DNA from: Pseudomonadales bacterium
GTDB lineage: Bacteria; Patescibacteriota; Microgenomatia; UBA1400; PJMF01
DNA length: 64,000 nt
NCBI GenBank assembly: GCA_020632255.1
Contig: JACKFX010000001.1
Coordinates: 58,734 to 122,733, forward strand
Direction: 5' to 3'
Each line of letters opens with the position of its first letter. Position 1 is the first letter of the stretch. A model generated the notes under the pieces. It made no database searches and was not told the origin of the DNA. It saw only the letters and a list, made by a program, of their open reading frames with translations. Shown piece after piece: positions 52,985 through 63,100 of this stretch. A program made the position numbers and the translations under genes.

Positions 52985-53386
52985 AATATTTTGGTATCAC
53001 TGTTAGGTTGCTGCGTAGCTTGCATAACAAATACTTTAGTATCTCTAAGTATTCTACTATTTGTTATGTGTGTAGTTATCAACTTCAATTACCATTACTT
53101 TTTCTAAAGTATTTTTATTAGCTAAAACAAATCCAATTAATTTTTTTATTGTTGTATTAAATAATTGGTATTCTCTGATATATTTCATATAAATAGTCAA
53201 CAATTTGCTAGTACGAAGGGAAAATGATGCAAAAAGAGTTTTCAATTGCTGATTGGGAAGTAGTTTATAACGAAGATAAATATAGAACTTTAGTTGCAAG
53301 TGGTGTAATGGGTCATTTTTTTTAAATGTGTAGATCAATTGGTTATAGGTTTGCAAGAAAGAGTTTAGATCATTTTGCTCAAAAAT

Positions 53387-54343
53387 TTAATCTGGTGCTT
53401 TTAAAATAGCAACGCATGCATCATCATATTTTGAATGTTGTGATAAGGTTGACATTATGTTTTGAGCTCTCTGAATAAGAGCTTTTGCTAGCATTCTTAA
53501 ATTACTTCTTTTGGAAGATCTGTCATAGCTCTTTTGATACTCTTCCGTTATCGCTACAGGTAATCCTGATGGGGATATATTATCAGGAATACCGTCAGAC
53601 ATTGCAAAATAAATATCGCCTGCTTGCAGTGGTATAACTAAAATATCTATATCTTTTGGAGCGTTAAGACTACCAACGGATTTGTAAATTTGATTTCTAT
53701 GGGGATGTTGATGAGCTTCCTGAATTGTAATTACGCCTGCGGCAAGAAGAGCTCCAACTAAGCTATGGTCTTTGGTTAATTGTATAAGGACTGCAGTTTC
53801 AGGATTATACTTATATATTCTACTGTCACCCACATGAGCAACTACCAAAAATCTATTTTTACCATCGGGACTGGCACAGACAATTCCTGCGCTGACAGTG
53901 GTATCAAGTTCGTCATTACCAGTTTCAGTCTGAAGGGATTTTATTTGATTTCTTGCTTTGAAGATGGCGTTTTTTAATTCTACGATTGCTTGGCTAATTG
54001 TTGGAGTTTTCTCAAATTTATCTAAACCCATTAGTTGAATTAGAACGAATTGAGCTGCTCTTGCAGAGTCCTTTCCACCCGAACCGACGCCGTCCATTGC
54101 TGCAATAATTCCACTTTTACCTCCAGCAATTTGTTTTGCTAAAGCTCTATCAGCAGAATAATCTGGGTGGCGAGGATTAGCCGCAACAGTTGAAGCTACC
54201 TCAATATTAGTTGAAGCTAACTCAATATTAGTTGATGCTACCTCATTATTAGTTGATGCTACCTCATTATCAATTGAAGCTACCTCAGTTTGGGGAGGTA
54301 CTAAATCTTTAGGTTGTATAAATCTGCTATCATCTTCAGACAC
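53387..54343 (-). CDS. PP2C-family Ser/Thr phosphatase with an N-terminal (E/D)(V/L)ASTN(I/N) heptad tandem repeat
   Basis: AAMDGVGSGG, VGDSRIY, LTKDHS, SDGI PP2C motifs. Five 21-bp tandem repeats at the 5' end. Confidence 0.65.
   Translation of the reverse strand: MSEDDSRFIQPKDLVPPQTEVASIDNEVASTNNEVASTNIELASTNIEVASTVAANPRHPDYSADRALAKQIAGGKSGIIAAMDGVGSGGKDSARAAQFVLIQLMGLDKFEKTPTISQAIVELKNAIFKARNQIKSLQTETGNDELDTTVSAGIVCASPDGKNRFLVVAHVGDSRIYKYNPETAVLIQLTKDHSLVGALLAAGVITIQEAHQHPHRNQIYKSVGSLNAPKDIDILVIPLQAGDIYFAMSDGIPDNISPSGLPVAITEEYQKSYDRSSKRSNLRMLAKALIQRAQNIMSTLSQHSKYDDACVAILKAPD
54189..54293 (-). repeat. 5 × 21-bp in-frame tandem repeat inside the PP2C gene 5' region
   Basis: Units read gttgaagctacctcaatatta / gttgaagctaactcaatatta / gttgatgctacctcattatta / gttgatgctacctcattatca / attgaagctacctcagtttgg. 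Confidence 0.7.
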
Positions 54344-54577
54344 GCCTTAATGATATTAAATCATTAATTAATTGTCTATAGCCGTAATTTCTTTTTCACA
54401 GGTAATTTTGTTTGAATTTGTAACTTTATAAGGTTTATAACTGAATTAGTTTTTGTATTCTGATGGTTGGAAAATTTAGAGAATTAAGAAAATATATGTC
54501 ATCTTTAACTACGTAAGATTTACTGGGATTATTTAATAAGTACAAAAATGGCCCACTAATAGCTCTTTAATTGCAGT

Positions 54578-54730
54578 GTCTGGCAAACAGGACTGCTCGC
54601 TTGCTCTGCTAGCTGTGCGGTGCTCATACTGAATGAAAAAAAAGTTATTTTTCATCCGCATGGTTAACTAAAGTTTCACACCAAAGCTTCATCAACACAC
54701 AAAAAACCCACCCAAAAGGTGGATATTATC
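54578..54730 (+). repeat. Pro-array unit P0 (diverged att gtctggcaaacaggact + module A-like + terminator-like)
   Basis: Shares ggactgctcgcttgct…gctgtgcg…catggttaacta and caaagcttcatcaacacacaaaaaacccacc with P4/P5. Confidence 0.55.
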
Positions 54731-54847
54731 TTCATGTTTAAATCATAGCAGGATAGATTCATTTCTACTACTTGTTTACTTCTCATTTAGAAATTGAAAA
54801 GTGAAAAGTAAAAACCCCTTAGATTCTAAGGGGTTTTATATGTAACA

Positions 54848-55132
54848 TTACTTTTTGCTGTTCCTTCTTGCAAGGATGAACAATCCCGCAGGGATTATCC
54901 ATCTGGCAAGACTGAACATTATTAGGGCAACCACTGCCCCACTTATCAAGAAGGAAACAATCGCGTTAGCGATGTATCCTCCGAATACGATCCATGCGCT
55001 TGTTTTGCAAGCACATAAGGAAATGAAAATGGGCAACACACTCCAATTTGCTACCGTCGAAACAGTAGCTATAGTTGCCCAAAGGATTATGGTGAGTACC
55101 ACCCACGTTTTTTTCTGAAGCTTGGTGATCAT
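54848..55132 (-). CDS. small membrane protein (3 TM)
   Basis: Hydrophobic ORF. Confidence 0.35.
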   Translation of the reverse strand: MITKLQKKTWVVLTIILWATIATVSTVANWSVLPIFISLCACKTSAWIVFGGYIANAIVSFLISGAVVALIMFSLARWIIPAGLFILARRNSKK

Positions 55133-55618
55133 CTTGCACTTACTCCTTTGATTTGAAAGTATATGTTAATGTTCATTTTCAAGACACAGATACATGTATC
55201 TGTGTAATGATAATGTTATTGTATACCACAAAAGTTAGTACGCAAGTTCTTATTGCTCTATAGTAATAAATTAAAAGTAGACATAATTTTTTTCAAATAA
55301 TTACACAGAAAATTATTTTTTCGACAGTATTTTATACAAGATATTTGTGGTCTGTACCACTTTTGGCATTTGATCTTATTGTAAACTAAACATGACTAAG
55401 TATTTTTATTTCGGCTATTATTATAAATAATATGAATAAAATAAATAACTACTTCTTATGCAGATGAAAGAAAAAGCCCGTGGGATGATTTAGAGCCTGA
55501 AAAAGATGCCTTCATGAAATAGCAAGGTTGTTCATTTATCAAATGCATTCCAGAATTTTCAAGTGTCTGGAAGGGAGTTAGAATATACAAATTGCGTGAA
55601 TTTAGTGCTGATCCTTAG

Positions 55619-56365
55619 TCAATCAGGTTCATTTGCCACCATCCTAATTTCTACTAAGTCAGACTCAGACAATAAATGTCCTACCTTAGCCATTTTCTCG
55701 ATAATTGCTTCAATGTTTTTTCTATCCTCATTATTTAGATTTCCTCTAACTTTTCTGCCATATAATGCAGCAGTATTGAGCATACATCTTACTAATGAGT
55801 GAGGTGATTCTTCATCTTGGTTTTTTGGTGATAAATCAATAAAAGTAAAACCAAGTGCTTCATCATAAAAAATATTGTCTGGCTTTGATGGATCAATGCT
55901 TAAGCCATTGTTAAAAAGAATTTGAATATCAGAAACTAATTTTCGAAAATGTTCTTCTGGGACAGATGCAATTAATTTAATCTTTTTACTCCAAGTTTCA
56001 TAATTATCATGACCGTTATGTATCTCTTGGCCTACTGCTCTCTCCATTATAGAAGCAGCTTTTCCATCAGGCATAAATCCAACTTTTACAATTTTGGGAG
56101 TGTTTACACCTTCAGGAACTTGATCTAAAGCCAACTTGAGCTCAGTTATCATTGGCATATTCCCTTCCCAAGTAGACCTGAATACACGGATTACTAAATC
56201 AGGATAACCTTTTATTTCGTAAACATTGCAATTACCACCTCTGCCAATCAATTGTCCTAAAGTAAGAGAGCAAAATTCTGGAATCTTTTTATCTTCGACC
56301 CCAACATTTTTGTTCTCGCACAGTGATCTATTTTCAGTTTCTATCATAGAATGATAATAGCACAT
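55619..56365 (-). CDS. protein-kinase-like fold protein (Gly-rich loop LIGRGGNCNVYEI, catalytic-loop-like IDPSKPDNIFYD)
   Basis: Motifs resemble ePK/APH-like kinases. The annotated N-terminal 25 aa run through repeat unit P1, so the start is taken at the internal Met. Confidence 0.45.
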   Translation of the reverse strand: MCYYHSMIETENRSLCENKNVGVEDKKIPEFCSLTLGQLIGRGGNCNVYEIKGYPDLVIRVFRSTWEGNMPMITELKLALDQVPEGVNTPKIVKVGFMPDGKAASIMERAVGQEIHNGHDNYETWSKKIKLIASVPEEHFRKLVSDIQILFNNGLSIDPSKPDNIFYDEALGFTFIDLSPKNQDEESPHSLVRCMLNTAALYGRKVRGNLNNEDRKNIEAIIEKMAKVGHLLSESDLVEIRMVANEPD

Positions 56366-56404
56366 AATAATTAGAAATCTGACAAAAGTCTGATTTTTAA
56401 TTAT

Positions 56405-56550
56405 GTCGGGGAGACAGGATTTCTCGCTAGCTTCGTTCACTTCAGATGCTCGTACTGCATAAGGCTAACGCAATTTGTAACTTGCATAGCGAACCAAAGA
56501 CTCAGCACTTTGCTTACTCCAATAAATGAAAAATAGCAGCCTGTTCAATT
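56405..56550 (+). repeat. Pro-array unit P1 (att gtcggggagacaggat + diverged module ending gcatagcgaaccaaag)
   Basis: Sequence similarity to P3/P4. Confidence 0.55.
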
Positions 56551-56758
56551 TGTCATTAAAAATGGCACACGATCTGGTGACTTGGAGTCATTTTTAAATG
56601 GCAACAACAGCAAGCCTAGCGAAAAAAAACTAAAAATATTCTAAAAAAAATTCTGTATTGCAATTTTAGTATAACAAAAACTATAAATGAAACCATTTTG
56701 ATGTAATTCAAAATGTAGTGTGTCGACAACCTTGTACCAAATTAGAACCTATTTCAAA

Positions 56759-57580
56759 TTATGCAGTATCAATCATAACTGCCATTTTCATTTTTAAAAA
56801 TTCGCTAAAGATAACATTGACACCTGTCTCATATTTATACCACTCACCCGGACTTAGTTCTTTTGATTTAGGATCTGAATTAACACAAATTATATCTACT
56901 TCATTAGTATATTTTTTAAGATGAACCCATGCCCTTCTTTGAGCAAACCAGGAAACCATTGTCGCGATATTTTTATATTCTATATTTAATGTATCTAATA
57001 AATTCAGTCCTGAACGAACATTATCTGCAATAGTAATTGATTCTGATTCAATAATAATTTTTTCTTTGGGCACACCCAATTTAATAGCTTCTTCTCTAAA
57101 AACTTTTGCTTCAGATTCAGATTTTTCTTGTGAATCGTATCTTGATCCTCCAGTGATTAGTATTTTGTTTACGTTGTTTTTTTTGTAAATAGTATTAACT
57201 GCTTTTTGTATTCTTCCTATGTCTTTACTGCCAAATACAAAGAGAATATCTATATCTTTTGGAATAGAATGTTCTTCGCTTAAGTAGTTTTCAATATCCA
57301 CTAAAATAGAAATTAATTTTGTATCTTTATTTTTTATGGCGGAAATTGTTTTTAGTGCCACTTGCTCTCTTAATTCATTCCCTTGTGCAATTAAATCTTG
57401 CCAATGTTTTTGATTTTCAAAAAAGTCAATATTAATATTGATTGCCTTCATCCAAGAGATAAATAGATCGAATCTAGGAAAATGGTCATAGGTAGAAATA
57501 GTTCGCTTTGCTTCAATCTCTAGAGCCTCTTCAAGAACATGACTATTTGGTAGATGGCTAAAGTGCTTTCTAGATTGCAT
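56759..57580 (-). CDS. DUF218/YdcF-like family protein
   Basis: ILITGGSRYDSQEKSESEAKVFREEAIKLGVPKEKIIIESESITIADN pattern. Confidence 0.5.
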   Translation of the reverse strand: MQSRKHFSHLPNSHVLEEALEIEAKRTISTYDHFPRFDLFISWMKAININIDFFENQKHWQDLIAQGNELREQVALKTISAIKNKDTKLISILVDIENYLSEEHSIPKDIDILFVFGSKDIGRIQKAVNTIYKKNNVNKILITGGSRYDSQEKSESEAKVFREEAIKLGVPKEKIIIESESITIADNVRSGLNLLDTLNIEYKNIATMVSWFAQRRAWVHLKKYTNEVDIICVNSDPKSKELSPGEWYKYETGVNVIFSEFLKMKMAVMIDTA

Positions 57581-57643
57581 TAATCTGATTATAGCAGCAA
57601 TGGAGAAGTTGAATATTTACTAAACTTGAATTAACTAGTATGT

Positions 57644-57687
57644 GTCGGAGTTGTGGAACGGTTTAATGACTCAGTTCTAGATCAAGA
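57644..57687 (+). repeat. unit P2' (gtcggagttgtggaacggtttaatgactcagttctagatcaaga); second copy at 58243-58286
   Basis: Two ~85%-identical copies, each containing the hairpin ggaacggtttaat.actcagttcc. Confidence 0.5.
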
Positions 57688-57715
57688 GTCTGATACTATT
57701 TGATTAAAATTAGGG

Positions 57716-58015
57716 TTAACAACCTGCATACTCAACCATAAATGTTTCTTCATCAGAATCCAAATCTCGTAAAGCTTGTTCAATCTTTTTTTGAGCTGCA
57801 AGTAATTGTGGTTTTTTACTAAAGTTTGGTTGATTCGCTATTTTTGCCCACTCCAAACGTAGTTGCCTGCGTTTGTTAGTGATTGCTTGTGTAATGTATT
57901 GATATTGTAGATGACGGTCTAGTTCTTGCCATTCTTTATATTGGCTTAAATAATCAATTTGGTATTTTCCAAGTTCAATTGATTCTTTAAATGAAATAAT
58001 TCTATTGTTAGTCAT
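57716..58015 (-). CDS. hypothetical protein (99 aa)
   Basis: ORF only. Confidence 0.35.
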   Translation of the reverse strand: MTNNRIISFKESIELGKYQIDYLSQYKEWQELDRHLQYQYITQAITNKRRQLRLEWAKIANQPNFSKKPQLLAAQKKIEQALRDLDSDEETFMVEYAGC

Positions 58016-58083
58016 GGAGTAGATTATATCAGAGAAAAGTTAATGAAATTGTTTGCTTTTACACTAATAATTGATATAGAACT

Positions 58084-58292
58084 GTCGGGGAAACAGGACT
58101 CTTCCCTCGCTCCGCTCAGTCCAGGGTGCTCAGATCTTTTTATGGAATAGTTATTTTATTTCGCACAGCGAACCAAAGCTTCATTCTATGGTTCACCCAA
58201 TAAACCAAAAAAACAGACTAAAAAGTCTGTTTCTCTGTTTTGTCGGAATTATGGAACGGTTTAATAACTCAGTTCCAGATCAAGAAACCTAT
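58084..58292 (+). repeat. Pro-array unit P3 (exact att gtcggggaaacaggact + module + terminator aaaaaaacagactaaaaagtctgttt + P2'-like element)
   Basis: Exact 17-nt tRNA-Pro 3' copy at 58084-58100. Confidence 0.6.
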
Positions 58293-58409
58293 AGAACTGG
58301 GATTATTTGATATACTTAGATATCTTAAACAAGAAAAACAGTACGAAAACGGAACTTAAGTATAATTTTTGAGAATAGAAACGACTACTCTACTCAGCAT
58401 ACTAGCCAA

Positions 58410-58967
58410 TTACCACAACTCATCACCAAAGAATAGTGGGCTACTTAAAAATTCATTTTTGTATTTTTGAGCTTTATCTGACACAAACTGCATAGCTACT
58501 CTTGATTTTGTTACTTTAGGATTAGACGCATCTCCTTCTAATACAGGAATATCATTAAAAATCCATCCACATTTTTGGTAAAAGGAACTATTTTCATCTT
58601 CACAGCTATAGAGAACAATATCTCTATCTACTTGTTGATCAATGTATTTCATTCCTTCTTGAACTATTTGAGTGCCAAATCCTCGCTTTCTGAATGATGG
58701 ATAGGTTAAGACACCTGTTAAACCATACAACGTAAACTCAGTACCTAAGTGTTTCATTACTCTTGAAACAACCTGAACATGTGAGATAAGCAGATTTCCA
58801 TGAGTTAAGAGTATTGAAATTGGATTATCTTCTGGTGTTGTGATCCAGTCGCGGTAGAGGTTCTCGTTCTCGAATCCTTCTGACCAAACAATCCGCTGAA
58901 AGGAAAGTATTTGGTAGAGCCATTTCTCAGGAAGATCGTTTTGTTTGTATATGAGTAGATCGGTCAT
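58410..58967 (-). CDS. GNAT family N-acetyltransferase
   Basis: FRKRGFGTQIVQEGMKYI motif A. Confidence 0.6.
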   Translation of the reverse strand: MTDLLIYKQNDLPEKWLYQILSFQRIVWSEGFENENLYRDWITTPEDNPISILLTHGNLLISHVQVVSRVMKHLGTEFTLYGLTGVLTYPSFRKRGFGTQIVQEGMKYIDQQVDRDIVLYSCEDENSSFYQKCGWIFNDIPVLEGDASNPKVTKSRVAMQFVSDKAQKYKNEFLSSPLFFGDELW

Positions 58968-58994
58968 GTTTCAATTATATCAGTAGAGGAATTA

Positions 58995-59333
58995 TTATGG
59001 AGTTAGTAACAGTGCCCAGGCAATCATACTTAAAATCCATACAAGCATTAAAAGGATATACTTATCTTGTTTGATAAAAGTTTTTCTTTTCCAATTTCGT
59101 ATGTGTATATATGGAATGAGAAGTTGGAAAAAAATGGCATTTATCCATCCCCAATGGTATATATAGATAAGCCATTCCGGTAAGGTTAATGTATCCTCAA
59201 CAATGTTTCCAATAGTATCCAGTGGAGTTGTAATTCCAAGCACATCTTGTGTTATATCTTTTATGAAATGAAAAAGTAGCACTACTGAAAGTAGAGAAAC
59301 AAACATTTTCCAGAGTGGGAAGATTTTTTGCAT
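58995..59333 (-). CDS. small membrane protein (3 TM)
   Basis: Hydrophobic ORF. Confidence 0.35.
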   Translation of the reverse strand: MQKIFPLWKMFVSLLSVVLLFHFIKDITQDVLGITTPLDTIGNIVEDTLTLPEWLIYIYHWGWINAIFFQLLIPYIHIRNWKRKTFIKQDKYILLMLVWILSMIAWALLLTP

Positions 59334-59397
59334 ATACCTCTTGAGTATAGCAGAGAGACAAGAAGTGTGTTTACTTTAGAAATAATTGTTGGTACAT

Positions 59398-59557
59398 GTC
59401 GGGGAAACAGGACTGCTCGCTTGCTTTGCAAGCTGCGCGATGCTCGTACTTGATGAGGTTGACACGATTTATAACTCGCATGGCGAACCATAGGTCTAGC
59501 CCATTGCTTGCCCCAATAAACCAAAAAAACAGACTAAAGAGTCTGTTTTTCTGCTTT
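59398..59557 (+). repeat. Pro-array unit P4 (exact att + module A: gctcgcttgctttgcaagctgcgcgatgctcgtact…actcgcatggcgaaccatagg + terminator)
   Basis: Module A is about 90% identical to module A of the tRNA-Lys array units. Confidence 0.65.
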
Positions 59558-59678
59558 GTCGGGGAAACAGGACTTCTCGGGCTGCGCCCTGCGAGGCCTT
59601 CGGCAGCGAACCAAAGCTTGACTCCAAAGCTTCATCAACACACAAAAAAACCCACCTAAAGGTGGGTTTTTTTATGTG
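59558..59678 (+). repeat. Pro-array unit P5 (exact att + module B: tctcgggctgcgccctgcgaggccttcggcagcgaaccaaag + terminator), abuts tRNA-Pro
   Basis: Module B matches module B of Lys-array unit K0 (15146-15210). Confidence 0.65.
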
Positions 59679-59752
59679 TCGGGGAAACAGGACTCGAACC
59701 TGCGACCTCACGGTCCCAAACCGCGCACTCTAGCCATCTGAGCTATTCCCCG
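59679..59752 (-). tRNA. tRNA-Pro(TGG)
   Basis: Acceptor CGGGGAA/TTCCCCG, anticodon stem cgcgg/ccgtg with loop TTTGGGA, T-arm GCAGGTTCGAGTCCTGT. Confidence 0.85.
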
Positions 59753-59815
59753 ATATTTTTAAGAACAATCTTGAATTATACCCCATCTTTATGATTATTT
59801 CGATATGAATTCCGG

Positions 59816-59983
59816 TTATAATTTTTGTTTCTCTTCTTTTTTCTCAGCTAAGTTTTTAAGTGGTCTGATAGGCAGAAGAGCGATTTTGAGCCAAAGAGCT
59901 TCAGATTTTTCCTGTGCAGATCTATTTCTTCTCCACTTATTTAGTTCTTCTTGAGTGATTTTTTCAGGTTGTTTCTCTGTCAT
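59816..59983 (-). CDS. small hypothetical protein (55 aa from the internal Met MTEKQPE); doubtful
   Basis: The annotated longer ORF overlaps tRNA-Leu(TAA), so only the part downstream of the tRNA is plausible. Confidence 0.25.
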   Translation of the reverse strand: MTEKQPEKITQEELNKWRRNRSAQEKSEALWLKIALLPIRPLKNLAEKKEEKQKL

Positions 59984-59987
59984 GTTG

Positions 59988-60072
59988 TGCCGCGGGTGGG
60001 AATCGAACCCACACGATATTGCTACCACGAGATTTTAAGTCTCGCGCGTCTACCAATTCCGCCACCGCGGCC
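59988..60072 (-). tRNA. tRNA-Leu(TAA)
   Basis: Acceptor GCCGCGG/CCGCGGC, D-arm GCGGAATTGGTAGACGC, anticodon loop CTTAAAA, long variable arm, T-arm GTGGGTTCGATTCCCAC. Confidence 0.85.
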
Positions 60073-60154
60073 CGTTCTATCTATTTGAACAATGAAATTA
60101 TATCACTAGAATAGTCTTACTTGAACTACGAGGAAATGGGGTTAAAATACAACA

Positions 60155-63100
60155 ATGATCAAAGAGTCGCTTAGACTGCATCCTTCGGAAGCGGATACTC
60201 GTTTTAATCCTAGCCAAGCAGAAGTACATCCATATACAGTTGGTGAGGTGTCAGGCAGCATTCAGATTAATAACAAAGGTAGCATCTTAGATGGAATGGA
60301 ACTGCCAATCTATAATGAAAGGCCTTGGTTTAGTCCTAATGAACCCTCGGCACTTCTATCGGCAATGCAAGATCCGGTACGCCGGCTAGTATTACTTGTT
60401 GAAGATGTCACAAATCAATCATTTACTCAAGGTAACCAAACATATCGGGGCGAAGGTCGAAAAGCACTTATTCATCGTATTCTTGTGAGTGTTACAGATT
60501 CAGAGGAGTATGCCAGATTAATTGATGGTATAGCCAGCCGTAGTAGTGGTATTTCTCAGGCAGTTATTAGTGCCACCATTCAGTTGTTAAGTAATACAAA
60601 TTATTTAGAAGCTGTCATAGGTTCTGTAGTTGATGGATCGACTAACTCAACAAGTCATCGTCGGAGTAGAAATTTTGAAGCGGCAATGCGCGCGGCCAGC
60701 TGGCAGGTACAACAGGAACGGGATCCAGGATTTAATAACCAGACACTCGAGGGGCACTACTCCGTTCAAACCGTCCTCGATTCTAAAATGATGGCAGATC
60801 TGGCAATGGATTTTTGGAAGAAACAACAGGAAAATCTATTGGCACAAGCTGAGAGTACCCCATTTGGTGCATCTGCCGAACAAGAACTCACCCTTTTTGA
60901 AGCTACTGGAAATAAAGCTTGGGAAATGAGCGATGAATCATTACATGGTAGCGAAACAACTCAGCGCTTTGAATTAGATTTCAGAGCTGCGGTGGTTGGG
61001 GTAACTATTTTAAATAAAATTGCATTAATTCGAGAAGCCACTGATTTTCTTAATTCAAGCGGTTGGGATCACACAACAACGCCAAATCAGGTGCGGCAAA
61101 ATGTATCCAGAACTCAGGCTCAATTTCAACAAGAACTGAGTGGCTCTGACCCAAATAGGGCTTTTCTTCGTCTACAAGAGGTATTTAGACTTGATCCGAG
61201 TGATCCAGCGGTACTCACATTCCTATTTACAGAATTTGGATTGGCATCAACCCAGATTTCTGAACTTACTCAAACACAAGAGGGTCGAAAAGATTTGGAG
61301 AAAATTATCAAACGAGCACGAGCAATAGTTACTCATGGTTTTACTAGAGATGAAAATCACCACTTTTCGGAGATTTCATTTGATAGTAAACCCAGACATT
61401 TTATTATTCTGGTGCATGGCTCACCATACAAAATTGAGTATTACAATTCGCAAGGTTTTGTTTCTCAAGAGGAGATTTTACGAATAGTTCGAGAGCTTGA
61501 GTATAGACATTCAACTCAAAGTACTGATCCCCAGGCTCTACAGCAGAGACAGACAGTCGCCGGTATTTGGACATCATTAAGTTATAATCCAAAAAAAAAT
61601 ATCATTTTATCAGATCCAGTATCTCTTGGAGCATTTATTAGAAAGTATCTCAAATCAGAATATAAGAATTCTTCTGATGTCGTGAGTCAAATAGCCTATT
61701 CTATTCGAGCATTAGCCACGGCAGATTTCTCTGTATCCATTGGTGCAAATGAAGTTCCTGCTTTTGGAAAAGATGATTTGGGTGGGGAGATGACTCCACT
61801 CGTATTTGGTGGTCACCACATTGATGTTTCCGAAATTTCCGGTAGTTTACAAATTAATTCTCAGTTTGACCATGGAATCCTGGACGGTCGCGAAGCTCAG
61901 GAAACAAACGCTGAATTAGTATTTAGATTACATCAAATCATGCTCGCTCCAGAAAGTGTGTTATCTAGCGCAACCAACGCATCTGGCGCATCTTTTGTTG
62001 AGAGGTTGTGTCTTGGTGAAAAAAATGGTGAGATGTTCTTTTCTGACTTAAAAATTCCTGGAAACACTAATGAGCATTGCGATACCTTACCCGATTTACC
62101 TGCGGCACTTGTGAATTCGCCCAAATCATTGACCGAAGAGCTTGGTAGAAGTCTTACTGAAACAGTAAGAAACGAACTTGAAGATCGATTGCAGGCCTTA
62201 GAGAAAATGACGCTTAAAGAGCTTTTTGAAGAGACTGGCAGTCTGATCGATGAGTGTATTGATACCGCTGTTGCCGTACAGACCAAAAACATTGCTCCGA
62301 GAGCGTGGGAGGAGCATTTACTTCAGAATCCGGATATCACTAAAAAAAGTCCAAAAGCGATTCAGGCTATTAAAAATGTGTTTTATGATGATTTAGAAGC
62401 ACATTTGTATCAGGCCGTGTGCGCATTTCTGAGTGGTGATCATGAGTTGATGGCCGAAATCTCAAATCATCTGAATTTAGTGGGGTATGATTTTTCAGTT
62501 CCCGTTGGGTTGTATGGAGGGACTGATCTTTCTCAATTATCTGCTGTAGAATATTCTTTGCTTACTTCCGAACTGAATTCGTTAGCAACTAAGACTAGTA
62601 AATATGACCTCCTCTCACAGTATGAACAAATATCTACGTTTGTTCAAAAACTGAAACAAAGATTAGTTGTTATCGAAAAACAAAGACAAGAAGCCACTAA
62701 TATCGTTGGATACCTAGATGCGATGTCATATCTTTCTCCAATCTATGACGAGACCTACGCACGACTCAGTTCAAATGAAGAAAACGATTTAGAACAATTA
62801 ATTTTGGATACCGAATGTGCACTCAAGCAAATTTCTACAGTGCTGATTCACTGTATGTATGACGTCGATTTTCTTGGTAGATTTTCAGTAAATCCATTTC
62901 CTATTCCAGAATCTAACCCACTATTGACCGAAATTTACAATCTACAATTACATAAAATCAGTTCGGTCACGGCGATACATTGGGCCCAAATTATGTCTGA
63001 CATGGTACGGATCAGACTTGGTGATTCGAGGCCAGCCTTATATCAATTGCCCACTTCTCTAAATATCGCAGAAATCGGTGGTAAAGGGAGAATTGATTTT

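Larger units (their letters stand above)
54578..59678 (-). mobile_element. tandem array of integrase-less cargo cassettes anchored at tRNA-Pro
   Basis: Six or more units carry 16-17 nt copies of the tRNA-Pro 3' end (gtcggggaaacaggact) followed by module A/B-like sequence and terminators, separating 1-2-gene cassettes. Confidence 0.5.
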
